The notes beneath the pieces were generated by a model that saw only the letters and a list, made by a program, of their open reading frames with translations, searched no databases and had not been told where the DNA came from. The translations under genes and the position numbers were made by a program. A stretch of DNA of 64,000 nt from an uncultured Rhodobacteraceae bacterium. Its GTDB lineage: Bacteria > Pseudomonadota > Alphaproteobacteria > Rhodobacterales > Rhodobacteraceae. The stretch lies in assembly GCA_947501025.1 (NCBI GenBank), contig CANMUM010000003.1, positions 68,683-132,682 on the forward strand, given 5' to 3'. Below, piece by piece: positions 35,790-47,100 of this stretch (position 1 is its first letter; every line of letters starts with the position of its first letter).

Positions 35790-36464
35790 TTATAAGTATT
35801 TTGCAGCAAGGTCTGGCGGGTTTTGAAAAAAATCATCTGCTGAAATAGCCGCGTTAACATTTCCGTTACCAATCCAGATAATTTTATCCGCAAATCCAAT
35901 CATTTCATCGGGGTTATGACTCACCATTAACGCAATTTTATTGATTCTAAGGACATTTTCTTTAATAAGCGCTCGAATTTCTCGGTTTTGCCTTGGTCCT
36001 AAAGCTGCGAGAGGCTCATCAAGCAACCAAATATCATTGTTTTGTAGAATTGCGCGCGCAATTGCTGCGCGTGCAGCTTGCCCCCCAGATATTGAACGCG
36101 GATATCTTTCAAGAATTTCGCATATTCCAAGCTTTTCACAAAGCTCATTAAGAACATCGCTTGAGATCGAATCAGTACCAAGTAAAATATTGTCCCTTAT
36201 ATTCATCCTCGGAAACAAATTGTGGTCTTGAAAAACCATTGAAATTAATCTCTTGCTTGGTGACAAATTCTGTATTTCCTTACCATTCCATAGAATTTGT
36301 CCTGACTCAATTTGGGCAAAGCCCGCAATCGCATTCAGAAGTGTCGACTTGCCGCAACCTGAGGGACCAATCACCGCAATAATTTGTCCCGCTTCGATTT
36401 TATCATTTGCACTTAGCTGAAAATCACCAGCACGAAGATTTAAATTCCTGAATTCAAGCATCAT
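35790..36464 (-). CDS. thiQ: Thiamine ABC transporter ATP-binding protein
   Basis: It has GPSGCGKSTLLN, SGGQAARAAIARA and LLDEPLAALG. The start is taken at the ATGATG that overlaps the thiP stop. Confidence 0.85.
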   Translation of the reverse strand: MMLEFRNLNLRAGDFQLSANDKIEAGQIIAVIGPSGCGKSTLLNAIAGFAQIESGQILWNGKEIQNLSPSKRLISMVFQDHNLFPRMNIRDNILLGTDSISSDVLNELCEKLGICEILERYPRSISGGQAARAAIARAILQNNDIWLLDEPLAALGPRQNREIRALIKENVLRINKIALMVSHNPDEMIGFADKIIWIGNGNVNAAISADDFFQNPPDLAAKYL

Positions 36465-37821
36465 TATATCCCTCATATGCATTCCATAATTGAACGATTC
36501 CAAGCAATACAAAAATAGCGACCAACACGAGTAAGGATAAGGCACTCGCCATTTCATAGCGATAGCTTCCAATCATCTGCCAAATCAGCACGGGTAAAGT
36601 TTCAAAACCAGATGGGGCAAATAAAGGCATGAGGGCGAGGTCACCAATCGACAACGCCACGATCAGAACACTTGTTTCAATTCCTGTGCCACGGCAATGC
36701 GGCCACCAGAAGCGCTTTAACTGATCAACTTTTTTAGGCATAAGAAGTTTCATCAAGCGCCTCTCCTCATTCGAAACCTTATTTATGCACCCACGCCATG
36801 TACTTACAATCAATGGCAACATCGCTAAAGCTTGGAATAGTGCAACAAATACCACGCCATAAGAAAACGGGTTAGCAAAAGGGCGGATGCATAAAATAAC
36901 GGCAACCGCTAGCACGAGTGGTGAAGTTGCGCCAATAAGCCATGCCAAACTGTCGCGCTGATAGTATATCATCACTGCAGCGATGAATTGACATATCAGC
37001 ACACTCATCAAACCAAGCTTTATGGAATTCCAAGCTGCCTCAAAGAGCCCATTTTGCTCAAATAATTGGAAAATGCCCGAAGAAGCATTTATTGAAAACT
37101 CGATGAGAGGAGCCGCCAAGATCAACAAAGTACATATGAAGAAAAACACCAGCCCAAAACGCAAAACGACTGAGTTTGGTTTTGGCAGCTGAAAATCTTG
37201 TGAAGCCTCTGGCCAGTCGGTTTCAAACGAGTTTCGCGCCAACACGTACACAATAAGCCCAAATGCCATTTGCAATAGCGCCAACTTAGCTACGAGTATC
37301 AAATTCAAATCATAACGAATAGCTTGATAAATGCTAAGCTCCAGTGTCGTTACAGACAGGCCGCGACCAAGTGTAAGGACGATCGTAAAGCTCAAACTTG
37401 CGTATAGAAAAACGATGGCAAAAGCAGTCGGCAATACGCGGCGCAAAACATCGCAGTCAATCAAGCGCCAAACCTCTCCTGCTTGAGTTGCTAATATAAC
37501 CTGCGCCTTTGGTACGCTTTGATAAGCCCTGCGCAAAAAAAACAAAACCACAGGAATATTGAAAATCCAGTGCGCCATCAAAATTCCAAACAAACCGAAT
37601 ACAGGCAGATTGAGCCCTTGCCGCCCATAAAGGGCGATCACCGAAAGAACGACTGCAAGTGGCGGCAGAAAGAATGGAAGGTAACAGAAAGCCTCCAGAA
37701 ATCTCTGTCCGCGGAATCGAAACCTTGAAAAACCAATAGCTAGAATGACACCAAAACAAATGGCTCCAAGCGATGACAAAACCGATTGGAGCAATGTGAA
37801 ATATAATGCGTTTAATGTCAC
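36454..37821 (-). CDS. thiP: Thiamine ABC transporter permease (duplicated-domain type)
   Basis: The 455-aa polytopic protein lies between thiB and thiQ and is translationally coupled on both sides. Confidence 0.8.
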   Translation of the reverse strand: MTLNALYFTLLQSVLSSLGAICFGVILAIGFSRFRFRGQRFLEAFCYLPFFLPPLAVVLSVIALYGRQGLNLPVFGLFGILMAHWIFNIPVVLFFLRRAYQSVPKAQVILATQAGEVWRLIDCDVLRRVLPTAFAIVFLYASLSFTIVLTLGRGLSVTTLELSIYQAIRYDLNLILVAKLALLQMAFGLIVYVLARNSFETDWPEASQDFQLPKPNSVVLRFGLVFFFICTLLILAAPLIEFSINASSGIFQLFEQNGLFEAAWNSIKLGLMSVLICQFIAAVMIYYQRDSLAWLIGATSPLVLAVAVILCIRPFANPFSYGVVFVALFQALAMLPLIVSTWRGCINKVSNEERRLMKLLMPKKVDQLKRFWWPHCRGTGIETSVLIVALSIGDLALMPLFAPSGFETLPVLIWQMIGSYRYEMASALSLLVLVAIFVLLGIVQLWNAYEGYNDA

Positions 37822-38783
37822 TTCATTCCTGCTTGGAAAGCTTCTTTTGCATTTTCGATATCCGATTCGCTGGTGTCTGAGATCAATGACTTAAAATTGT
37901 TTTGATTCGTAAAACCTTCTGGCAATTCAATCTCGGCAACTGGGTACATCCAGTTTCCAGTAATCAAAGCATTTTGAGCTTCTTCAGATTCTAGATATTC
38001 CAAAAAGGCTCGGCCAAGTTCTTGTTGATCACTCGAAGCTACAATCCCTGATAGTTCGATTTGCAATGCGTGCCCTTCTTCGAATGAAGCCGCGGCAAAC
38101 CCATCATCTTCCTCAGCTATCAAATGATAGGCGGGTGAAGTTGTGTACGACATAACCATGTCCGCTTCATCTGCAAGAAATAGCGAATACGCTTCAGACC
38201 ACCCTGGAGTGACCGTCACAATATTATCTTTTAATTTTTCCCAATATGCAGGCGCGTCTTCACCGTAAATTTCGCTAACCCAAACTGTCAAACCAAGCCC
38301 TGGCGTTGATGATCTTGGGTCTTGGATAACGATTTTCAAATCACTATCGGCTAACTCTTCGAAATTCTTTGGTGGGGTTTCTAATTTCTCTTTTTTGTAA
38401 ACAAAGGCAAAATATCCCCAATCATAAGCGCGAAAAATTTCATTATCCCAAACCCATCCAGTATTGCCGATATTTTGAGCCATTTCAAAATTATGCTCAG
38501 CAAATAGCTTCGTATCACCAGATTTATCAGCTAGGTTTTGATCAATACCAACGACAGCATCGGCCTCAGTATTTTTACCTTCAAGCTGCAAGCGCGAAAG
38601 TATTGAAGCGCCATCTCCCGCAGCTGTAAAGACAAGATCACAATCGCATTGCTCTTCAAAGCCTTTTTCAATGTCAGGCCCAGGCCCCCACTGGCTGGCA
38701 AAGCTATCATAGGTATAAACATTGAGAGTTTCTGCGCTCAATGGAGCCGCAATTAATGTCGTCATCAATAATAAGTCACGCAT
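37818..38783 (-). CDS. thiB: Thiamine/TPP-binding periplasmic protein
   Basis: It has a signal peptide and a type II PBP fold pattern, and is the first gene behind a TPP riboswitch. Confidence 0.85.
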   Translation of the reverse strand: MRDLLLMTTLIAAPLSAETLNVYTYDSFASQWGPGPDIEKGFEEQCDCDLVFTAAGDGASILSRLQLEGKNTEADAVVGIDQNLADKSGDTKLFAEHNFEMAQNIGNTGWVWDNEIFRAYDWGYFAFVYKKEKLETPPKNFEELADSDLKIVIQDPRSSTPGLGLTVWVSEIYGEDAPAYWEKLKDNIVTVTPGWSEAYSLFLADEADMVMSYTTSPAYHLIAEEDDGFAAASFEEGHALQIELSGIVASSDQQELGRAFLEYLESEEAQNALITGNWMYPVAEIELPEGFTNQNNFKSLISDTSESDIENAKEAFQAGMK

Positions 38784-38918
38784 ATCTTCTTCCTTTAAAA
38801 TATGCGGAAGAAGTCATTGGGACTAAAGCGCCCGAATATCCTTTCCTCCGCCAGTACAATCTGGTTCAGGTTCAACGGGTTCATTCTCACATCTCAGCTT
38901 TTCAGCACCCCGAGGATA
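38784..38918 (-). promoter_or_regulatory. TPP (THI-box) riboswitch with an SD-sequestering expression platform
   Basis: The minus-strand RNA reads UAUCCUCGGGGUGCUGAAAAGCUGAGAUGUGAGAAUGAACCCGUUGAACCUGAACCAGAUUGUACUGGCGGAGGAAAGGAUA. It contains GGGGUGC, CUGAGA, ACCC, UGAACCUGA and a closing P1 UAUCCU/AGGAUA. Downstream, CUUCUUCC (38813-06) is complementary to the SD GGAAGAAG (38793-86), which sits just before the thiB AUG. Confidence 0.9.
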
Positions 38919-38948
38919 AATTATATTTAACTCAATTTGATAGCTTAC

Positions 38949-39851
38949 TCAAGGGTTCTCATTTAAATCTATCATTTGAGGCAGACCATTATCGCTTACG
39001 CGAAAACCAAAAATAGGTTTGCCAACAATATCATCTTGTGCAATCGATCCAAAATAGCGGCTATCATTTGAATTATCGCGATTATCACCCATCATAAAAT
39101 ATGATCCATCGGGCACTGTGAATGTTTGTGTTATATCCGATTGGCTATTATCGGCCATATTTGCAATTTGATAGCGTTTTCCATTTGGCATCGTTTCCTC
39201 AAGCAATTCAGCTTCAATTCCAGTATGACCCCGATTTTTGAGAAGGACAGAACCTAGATTACTGAGCGGTAGTGGCGAACCATTTACGCTCACTGCGCCA
39301 TCAACCAGTGAAACCTCATCACCACCGACACCAATGACGCGCTTAATGAACACAATATCTCGGCCATGAAAATTCGTCGTGAAAGCAACAAGATCACCAT
39401 GCTCAATCTTAAAGCCAATTTTATTGACGAACAGGTAATCATCTGGATTTAAATTTGGCGACATAGAAGAGCTGGGTAAAATATAGGGTGCTGCAACAAA
39501 GCCACGAAACAACATGCCGACCATCAATGTTCCTACAAATATAAAGGGCCAAAGCCACTGCGCTTTAGCATACCAACTCAGCGGAAATATCAGTTTTTTA
39601 CGCGCAACGAGAACAGCAAGAATAACGGCCATAACCCTAAAGAGCATTGCTGAAATCACGATCCCAAAGTAAAAATTGCCAGTAATTAATGAAAACAATC
39701 CGGCTGATGGGAAGATGCTCAACAACGTTAAAAAAAATACACCTACAGCCATGCGCCCTTTATTGAGGTAGCAAAGCCCAACGAGCGAACCAAAAATGAG
39801 AGTTATGATTGCCACAACCCAAGGTGAACGATTCTTGTATGCTTGAATCAT
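38949..39851 (-). CDS. lepB: Signal peptidase I with an extended multi-TM N-terminal region
   Basis: The catalytic Ser motif is SSSMSPNL, the Lys motif is [10 protein letters not shown], and [14 protein letters not shown] is present. About 115 hydrophobic N-terminal residues precede the catalytic domain. Confidence 0.9.
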   Translation of the reverse strand: MIQAYKNRSPWVVAIITLIFGSLVGLCYLNKGRMAVGVFFLTLLSIFPSAGLFSLITGNFYFGIVISAMLFRVMAVILAVLVARKKLIFPLSWYAKAQWLWPFIFVGTLMVGMLFRGFVAAPYILPSSSMSPNLNPDDYLFVNKIGFKIEHGDLVAFTTNFHGRDIVFIKRVIGVGGDEVSLVDGAVSVNGSPLPLSNLGSVLLKNRGHTGIEAELLEETMPNGKRYQIANMADNSQSDITQTFTVPDGSYFMMGDNRDNSNDSRYFGSIAQDDIVGKPIFGFRVSDNGLPQMIDLNENP

Positions 39852-40666
39852 TTCACCAAACCATCAATCGCTTTCCATTGCGCCAAATGCTTTGAAAGCT
39901 CATCGATATGCATCATTACGGCTGCGTCAGATGGTGCTATCTCTGGTGCATCATGGGCTTCAACAAATAAGCCCGAAATACCGACAGCCAAAGCTGCCCG
40001 TGCCAAGACAGGTGCCATTTCACGATCACCACCAGAAGCTCCATTTAAGCCGCCAGGCATCTGAGTTGAATGTGTCGCATCAAAAACAATTGGATGCCCC
40101 GTTGAGGCCATAATCGGCAAGCTGCGCATATCAGAAACCAAATTATTATATCCAAAGCTCGCCCCACGTTCACATAACAAAACGCGTTCATTCCCAGTTT
40201 CGGTGAGTTTCTGCGCGACATGCTTCATATCATCAGGAGCAAGGAATTGTCCTTTTTTCACCATCACTGTTTTTTGAGTTTGCGCGGCGGCAATCAAGAG
40301 GTCCGTTTGACGGCATAAAAATGCTGGTATTTGAATAATATCAACAACCGAAGCCACTTGCTCACATTGATCCGCAGCATGCACATCTGTGATAACGGGC
40401 ACATTAAACTCTGAACGAATGTCACTCAAAATACGCAAGCCTTCTTCAATGCCCGAACCACGCTTTCCATGTATGGATGTGCGATTGGCCTTATCAAATG
40501 ATGCCTTGAAAACAAATGGGATACCGTGCTTGCTTGTGAGGGATTTTAATTTCTCAGCCATCATCATCGCATGATCACGGCTTTCAATTTGGCAAGGCCC
40601 ACAGATCAAAACAAATGGTAAGTTTTGACCAAACTCAATCTCAAATGCATCCAAGCGAACATTCAT
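39848..40666 (-). CDS. kdsA: 3-deoxy-8-phosphooctulonate synthase
   Basis: The 272-aa protein has [18 protein letters not shown] and DATHS. Confidence 0.95.
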   Translation of the reverse strand: MNVRLDAFEIEFGQNLPFVLICGPCQIESRDHAMMMAEKLKSLTSKHGIPFVFKASFDKANRTSIHGKRGSGIEEGLRILSDIRSEFNVPVITDVHAADQCEQVASVVDIIQIPAFLCRQTDLLIAAAQTQKTVMVKKGQFLAPDDMKHVAQKLTETGNERVLLCERGASFGYNNLVSDMRSLPIMASTGHPIVFDATHSTQMPGGLNGASGGDREMAPVLARAALAVGISGLFVEAHDAPEIAPSDAAVMMHIDELSKHLAQWKAIDGLVK

Positions 40667-41451
40667 TTTATACCTCTTTGTTTGAGTGCATTTTCAACGC
40701 GTAGAACATCTTCGGGATTGTTAACCTCCCAAAATGCACGGCCGTTGGAATTCACCTTAACGCAATCAATGCGCTTTCCATTTTCAAGAAAACGCAGCTG
40801 CTCCAAACCTTCAATTTTCTCAAGATGGCCCTCAGACCAGTTGACATATTGCGATAGAACCCCTCGGCGATATGCGTATAATCCGATGTGCAAATATACA
40901 TCCGATGGGCTGCTCTCCACAAGCGCATCTGAAGTGGGAAGCACCTCTTTGGAAAAATACAAAGCACGGCCATCAGAGGCAATTGCTGCCGTCGTCCCGC
41001 CGACCTGCCCCTTCATGCGATCTTCGCGCAGCGCAATAAGTTGCTCGCGATCACATGGCATCACGGGAGTTGCCATTTCCGCTTCTGGGTGTATGGCCAT
41101 ATATTCAATAAGTGCCCTACCAAAATCAGCTGGGATCAGTGGGGCATCACCTTGAAAATTAATGATAAGATCGGCATCAATTTGGTCAAGCAAAAACGCG
41201 CATCTTTCCGTGCCATTGCGACAGCTTTCTGGCGTCATCATAGCTTGTCCACCAAAGCCACGCACATGCTCTGCGATCTCTTCATGATCGGTTGCAACAT
41301 ATATCTCATCAACACCAATTTCACGGGCCGCAATAAAACAACGCTCAACCAAACTGCGCTTCTCACCATCCGAACCTTCAAGCAAAGCAAGTGATTTACC
41401 AGGAAATCGCGTGCTGTTCATTCGGCTTGGGATGATGATGGCTGTTTTCAT
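40663..41451 (-). CDS. kdsB: 3-deoxy-manno-octulosonate cytidylyltransferase
   Basis: It reads [15 protein letters not shown]..., has NFQGDAP, and has the [11 protein letters not shown]-terminal motif. Confidence 0.9.
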   Translation of the reverse strand: MKTAIIIPSRMNSTRFPGKSLALLEGSDGEKRSLVERCFIAAREIGVDEIYVATDHEEIAEHVRGFGGQAMMTPESCRNGTERCAFLLDQIDADLIINFQGDAPLIPADFGRALIEYMAIHPEAEMATPVMPCDREQLIALREDRMKGQVGGTTAAIASDGRALYFSKEVLPTSDALVESSPSDVYLHIGLYAYRRGVLSQYVNWSEGHLEKIEGLEQLRFLENGKRIDCVKVNSNGRAFWEVNNPEDVLRVENALKQRGIK

Positions 41452-42344
41452 TCGGCTTCAAATCCAAGAGTTTTCGGATCCATCACATAATGTGATCCAC
41501 AGAACTGGCAATCCGCAGTCACCATGCCATCATCATTATACATATGCTTTAGATCTTTTTGCGAATAGATTGACAGGGAATTGCGGACTTTTTCCTCGCT
41601 ACAGCTACAGTGAAATTGAACTTTTTGTGCTGGGTTTGCCGTTGGTTCATCTTCATGGAACAAGCGGTAAATAAGCTCCTCGCTTGAGAGTTCGTCAGAT
41701 AGCAATTCATCCGCTGTAAGTGTCCCAAGCAATGCTTCAACGCGCTTGATGTGATCATCATCATTAGCAACCGCATTGATACCCCCCTCACCTGCAAGTC
41801 GCTGCACCATAACAACACCGCCGCGCCAAACGCCAGCCAGCTTGTCTTTGTGAATTTCAACATGGAAGCGTGTTGGTATTTGCTCGGATTGGTCGAAATA
41901 ATCGACTGCCGCATCGGTTAGCCCATCTTTAATCGGCGTGATACCTTGGTAAGGTTGTGTGCCTGTTTTTTGGTCGATAATTATTCCAAAAATTGACTTC
42001 ACAAATTCTGGCATTTTATCTGCATATTCAGCAGCATCAAAACGCGCATAGCCGCGCAAACTCGGCAGTCCATTTTCACCTTCGGGAGCGGTATAATCTG
42101 TTGCGATCAATTTAATTGCGCCTTCACTTCGAATTTGCAATGAAAGATTTCCACGCAATTTGATGGATGATGCAATCGCCGCATTAAGCAGAATGCACTC
42201 AACCATTTTGAACGCAACCCAATCAGGGTAATCGTGTTGAGCGATAATCTGTGTGATGGATTCAGAAAGTTTCACAACACGGCCACGCATACCAATTTTA
42301 TCAAGTTGGAAGCTCTGGACGAAGTCTTGTTTTTGATTGTTCAT
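41448..42344 (-). CDS. hslO: Redox-regulated chaperone Hsp33
   Basis: The C-terminal zinc centre is CSCS...CQFCG. Length and layout are typical of HslO. Confidence 0.9.
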   Translation of the reverse strand: MNNQKQDFVQSFQLDKIGMRGRVVKLSESITQIIAQHDYPDWVAFKMVECILLNAAIASSIKLRGNLSLQIRSEGAIKLIATDYTAPEGENGLPSLRGYARFDAAEYADKMPEFVKSIFGIIIDQKTGTQPYQGITPIKDGLTDAAVDYFDQSEQIPTRFHVEIHKDKLAGVWRGGVVMVQRLAGEGGINAVANDDDHIKRVEALLGTLTADELLSDELSSEELIYRLFHEDEPTANPAQKVQFHCSCSEEKVRNSLSIYSQKDLKHMYNDDGMVTADCQFCGSHYVMDPKTLGFEAE

Positions 42345-42507
42345 TTTTCATGCCTTTGAAGTTTGGCTTTATATAAGGGCGCGATGTTCAAATGAAAAGG
42401 AGACATCAAATAAACTCAGCCTCATATTTAACTCTAAACAGATTACTCCATCTCGCTCAAATCACAAGATGTCTTGAAATGTTCTTGCTTTGTTTCTATG
42501 GTGTCTT

Positions 42508-43587
42508 ATGAGCAATCAACGCATATCAAAGGAAATTCGTCGCGGTCGTGGCGCAACACAAAACGAAACCAACCGTTTTGAAAGCCAAAAACGCGAGAAC
42601 TTTGATGATGGCTGGAATATTGAAGAAGAGATCAAGCCCATCCGCACGGAACTCATCATTGATAGTTCGCGCAGTATCCTTGCCCGCAATAATTCGCCCG
42701 ATATTCCCTTTGATAGGTCGATTAATCCTTATCGGGGTTGTGAGCATGGTTGCATTTATTGTTTTGCAAGAACCACCCATGCCTATCTTGGATATTCACC
42801 AGGTTTGGATTTTGAAACCAAAATCGTCTATAAACCAAACGCCGTTGAGCTTCTTGCAGAAACATTATCAAAACCCAGTTACAAGCCTGCGCCAATAGCT
42901 TTTGGAACCAATACCGATCCTTATCAACCCGTGGAAAAAGACTTGCGGATCACACGCGACCTATTAGAATATCTGCTTGATCGTCAACATCCCGTGACCA
43001 TCACAACGAAAGGCAGCCTGATAACCCGTGATCTTGATGTCTTATCGCAACTCGCGAAAAATAATCTGGTAAGTGTGGCCGTTTCTGTCACCACATTGGA
43101 CAATCATTTACACCGCAAATTGGAGCCCCGTGCAGCCGCCCCACAAAAACGTCTATCAATGATCCGCGCTTTGGCCGAGGCGAATATCCCCGTTACCGTA
43201 TTTGCATCACCAATGATTCCAAAGCTTAACGACCACGAGCTTGAAGACATATTGCAGGCTGCAAAAGACGCGGGTGCAGGGAAAGCGCACTATATGCTTG
43301 CCAAACTGCCCCTTGAAGTTGCACCACTTTTTAAAGACTGGCTAGATGAACATTATCCAGAACGCGCGGGGAAAGTGATCGGAACAATCCAAGACACACG
43401 TAATGGGAAAGATAGCTCATCAAAATTTCACGAACGATTTACAGGAACCGGTGTGTACGCAGAACTGCTGAATGCGCGCTTCAAAACAGCCATTCGAAAA
43501 ATCGGGCTAAATGCGCCAAGCACCAAACTGCGCACAGATTTATTTCGCCCGCCCCCCAAAGATTTCCGACAAATGGAACTCTTTTGA
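42508..43587 (+). CDS. Radical SAM protein (PA0069/SplB-like family)
   Basis: It has RGRGATQNETNRFE at the N-terminus and the CEHGCIYCF (CxxxCxxC) cluster motif. The start is taken at ATG 42508. Confidence 0.8.
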   Translation: MSNQRISKEIRRGRGATQNETNRFESQKRENFDDGWNIEEEIKPIRTELIIDSSRSILARNNSPDIPFDRSINPYRGCEHGCIYCFARTTHAYLGYSPGLDFETKIVYKPNAVELLAETLSKPSYKPAPIAFGTNTDPYQPVEKDLRITRDLLEYLLDRQHPVTITTKGSLITRDLDVLSQLAKNNLVSVAVSVTTLDNHLHRKLEPRAAAPQKRLSMIRALAEANIPVTVFASPMIPKLNDHELEDILQAAKDAGAGKAHYMLAKLPLEVAPLFKDWLDEHYPERAGKVIGTIQDTRNGKDSSSKFHERFTGTGVYAELLNARFKTAIRKIGLNAPSTKLRTDLFRPPPKDFRQMELF

Positions 43588-43616
43588 TTCGTCAATTGTG
43601 GATGTATAGATCAATC

Positions 43617-44165
43617 ATGAGCAAAATCATTTTATTCAACAAACCCTTCAATGTATTATCGCAATTCACCGATAATAGTATCGATGCCGCAAAGCGCCAG
43701 ACTTTATCTGATTATATAAATATACCAAATGTTTATGCCGCTGGCAGGCTAGATCGTGATAGTGAAGGGCTGATGATCCTTACCGATGATGGCAGGCTTC
43801 AAGCGCGCATTGCAGATCCAAAAAACAAAATGGCAAAGAGCTATTGGGTTTTGGTTGAAGGGGTTCCCGATGAATTAGCGATTTCTAAACTTCGCAAGGG
43901 TGTGATGCTCAAAGATGGGATGACGAAGCCAGCTGGAATTCAACTGATGGATTCACCCAGTGGTTTATGCGAGCGAGACCCGCCCGTGCGCTACCGCAAA
44001 TCGATCACAGATACTTGGCTCAATCTCAAAATCACCGAAGGGCGCAATCGCCAAATTCGTCGCATGACTGCAGCCGTTGGCTTCCCTTGCCTGCGCCTCA
44101 TTCGCCATCAAATTGGTGATTGGCAGCTCGGTGATTTGAAAAATGGTGAGTGGCGGGAAGGCTAG
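43617..44165 (+). CDS. rluE: 23S rRNA pseudouridine synthase E (RsuA/RluE family)
   Basis: ILFNKPFNVLSQFTD, AAGRLDRDSEGLMILTDDG and EGRNRQIRRMTAAVGFPCLRLIR...NGEWRE are near-colinear with E. coli RluE as I remember it. An alternative ATG lies at 43602. Confidence 0.8.
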   Translation: MSKIILFNKPFNVLSQFTDNSIDAAKRQTLSDYINIPNVYAAGRLDRDSEGLMILTDDGRLQARIADPKNKMAKSYWVLVEGVPDELAISKLRKGVMLKDGMTKPAGIQLMDSPSGLCERDPPVRYRKSITDTWLNLKITEGRNRQIRRMTAAVGFPCLRLIRHQIGDWQLGDLKNGEWREG

Positions 44166-44168
44166 AGC

Positions 44169-47100
44169 CTACCCGATTTCAACAAGCAAATCTTTCGCGT
44201 CAATCTGATCGCCAACACCAACATGAACGGCCTTTACCGTTCCGTCACGATCTGCATGAAGACCGGTCTCCATTTTCATCGCTTCGATCGTGAGAACAAG
44301 ATCGCCTTCTTTAACCTTTTGGCCTTCAGATACGATCATGCTTGCAACAACGCCTGGCATTGGCGCGCCGATTTCACCTTCAGCACCTGTTGATTTCTTG
44401 CGGGCTTGAACTGTTGCAACCGCAGATCGATTCGGCACACGAACAGCACGAGGTTGGCCATTAAGCTCAAAGAACACTTTGACTTCGCCCTTATCATCGG
44501 TTTCGCCAACGGCCTGCATACGGATTTCGAGTGTCTTACCTTCTTCAATTTCTGCCGCAAGCTCTTCACCCGATTCCATGCCATAGAAAAACACTTTTGT
44601 AGGCAGAACGCGCGTTGGACCATATTCAGCATGTGCATTCATATAGCCTTCAAAAACCTTTGGATACATCAAATAACCCATGAGATCTTCGTTATCTATT
44701 GCAAATTCTTCGCCTGCTAATTTTTGCAAATCAGCATGAGCTTTCGTAAGATCGGCAGGTTTCATGCTCTCGCCAGCGCGCTCCGTATTTGGCTTGCGCC
44801 CCTTGAGAGCCTTATCAACAATATTCGCTGGAAAACCACCATGTGGCTGACCGAGATTGCCCTCAAGCATATCAATTACAGATTGTGGGAACGCCACATC
44901 TTTTTCAGGATCAAGAACATCTTCTGCCGAGATACCTTGGCTGACCATCAAAAGTGCCATATCACCAACAACCTTGCTTGAAGGGGTCACCTTAGTGATA
45001 TCGCCAAACATTTGGTTCACTTGTGCATATGTCTTTGCAATTTCAGGCCAACGCGATTCAAGACCAAGTGAGCGAGCTTGAGCTTTCAGATTTGTAAATT
45101 GTCCACCTGGCATTTCATGAAGATAAACTTCTGACGCAGGCGCGCGAACGCCACTTTCAAATGCAGCATATTGATCGCGTACTTTTTCCCAATAATCAGA
45201 TATCTCGCGAATACGCTCACCATTCAAACCTGTATTGCGGTCATTATGGCGCAATGCTTCAACAATCGATCCCAAACATGGCTGTGATGTGCCGCCAGAA
45301 AAGGCATCCATCGCCACATCAACAGCATCAACACCAGCTTCACTTGCCGCTAAAATAGTCGCCGCTGCAATCCCCGATGTATCATGTGTGTGGAAATGTA
45401 TAGGCAAGCCAATTTCTTCTTTGAGAGCCTTAATCAAAACTCGTGCGCCATCTGGCTTCATCAAACCCGCCATATCTTTGAGGCCAATCACATGAGCGCC
45501 AGCTTTTTCCAGCTCTTTGCCCATATCCACATAATATTTCAGGTTATATTTGTTCTGGTTTGGATCGGTTACATCACTTGTATAGCAAATTGTACCTTCA
45601 CAAATTTTGCCAGCTTCATTCACAGCATCCATAGAAACACGCATATTTTCAACCCAGTTCAAACTGTCGAAAACGCGGAAAATATCAATCCCCGTATCGG
45701 CAGCTTGCGCAACAAATGCCTTCACGACATTATCAGGGTAACTTGTATAGCCAACACCATTGGCACCGCGAAGCAGCATTTGTGTGAGCAAATTTGGCAT
45801 AGCTTTGCGCAGGTCACGCAGGCGTTGCCATGGGCATTCCATTAAGAAACGATAAGCCACGTCAAATGTAGCACCACCCCAGCACTCAACAGAAAAAAGC
45901 TCGGGCAAATTCGCCGCATAAACAGGTGCAACGCGCTGCATATCATAGCTACGCATACGTGTTGCCAATATCGATTGATGTCCATCACGCATAGTCGTGT
46001 CGGTAATGAGCAAGCGTTTTTGTGCAAGCATCCAATCGGCCACAGCCTTTGGCCCTTCGCGCTCCAAAATTTGCTTCGCACCTTCTTGAATATTGGTCGC
46101 ATCAAATTTTGGTAAAGCAATCGGCGCTTTATGTTCCAAATCAGGAACCGGACGGCCCTTTGCTTCGGGATTACCATTGACGGTCACATCCGCAATATAT
46201 GTCAAAACCTTTGTAGCGCGATCGCGGCGCTTTTTAAACTCAAACAGCTCAGGCGTATTATCAATAAACTTAGTATTATAAGTCATATCAACGAATTTTG
46301 GATGCTTTAGCAAGTTTTCAACAAAAGCAATATTGGTTGACACACCCCGCACACGGAATTCGCGCAATGCCCTATCCATACGAGAAATTGCTGTATCTGG
46401 TGAGGAGGCCCATGCCGTCACTTTTACCAATAGACTATCATAATAACGGGTGATCACCGCACCAGAATATGCCGTGCCACCATCTAGACGAACGCCCATT
46501 CCGCTTGCAGATCGATAAGCCGTAATTCGACCATAATCTGGCACGAAATTATTTTGTGGGTCTTCTGTTGTAATGCGACATTGAAGCGCGTGACCATTCA
46601 ATTGAATTTCCGCTTGTGATTTTGCGCCCGTCGCTTCAACCAATGTTTTACCAGAGGCGATTAAAATTTGTGACTGCACAATATCAATGCCCGTGACTTC
46701 TTCTGTCACCGTATGCTCAACTTGAACACGCGGATTCACCTCGATAAAGTAAAACTCTTCGGTTTCCATATCTTGAAGGAATTCAACGGTTCCCGCATTT
46801 TGATATCCGACATGGGCACAAATTTTGCGACCAAGTTCGCAAATTTCTTGGCGCTTTGCCTCAGAAAGATAAGGCGCAGGCGCACGTTCCACAACTTTCT
46901 GATTGCGGCGTTGTACCGAACAATCCCGCTCAAAAAGATGATAAAGATTACCATGTTGATCACCTAAAATTTGCACCTCAACATGGCGCGCATTAACGAT
47001 CATTTTTTCAAGATAGCCTTCGCCATTACCAAAGGCAGCTTCAGCTTCACGTTTGCCTTCAAGAACCTTATCTTCAACCTCGTCTTCAGAAAAAATCGGG

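Noticed and set aside
40625-41155. 176-aa plus-strand ORF over kdsB
   Set aside because: It is antisense to kdsB, which has clear family motifs. The composition is typical of a shadow ORF.
42345-42440. Sigma-32 promoter upstream of hslO
   Set aside because: A CCTTATAT -10-like element exists on the minus strand. The best -35 at the right spacing is CTTT rather than CTTG, and TTGAAC is only 7 nt away. This is too weak to call.
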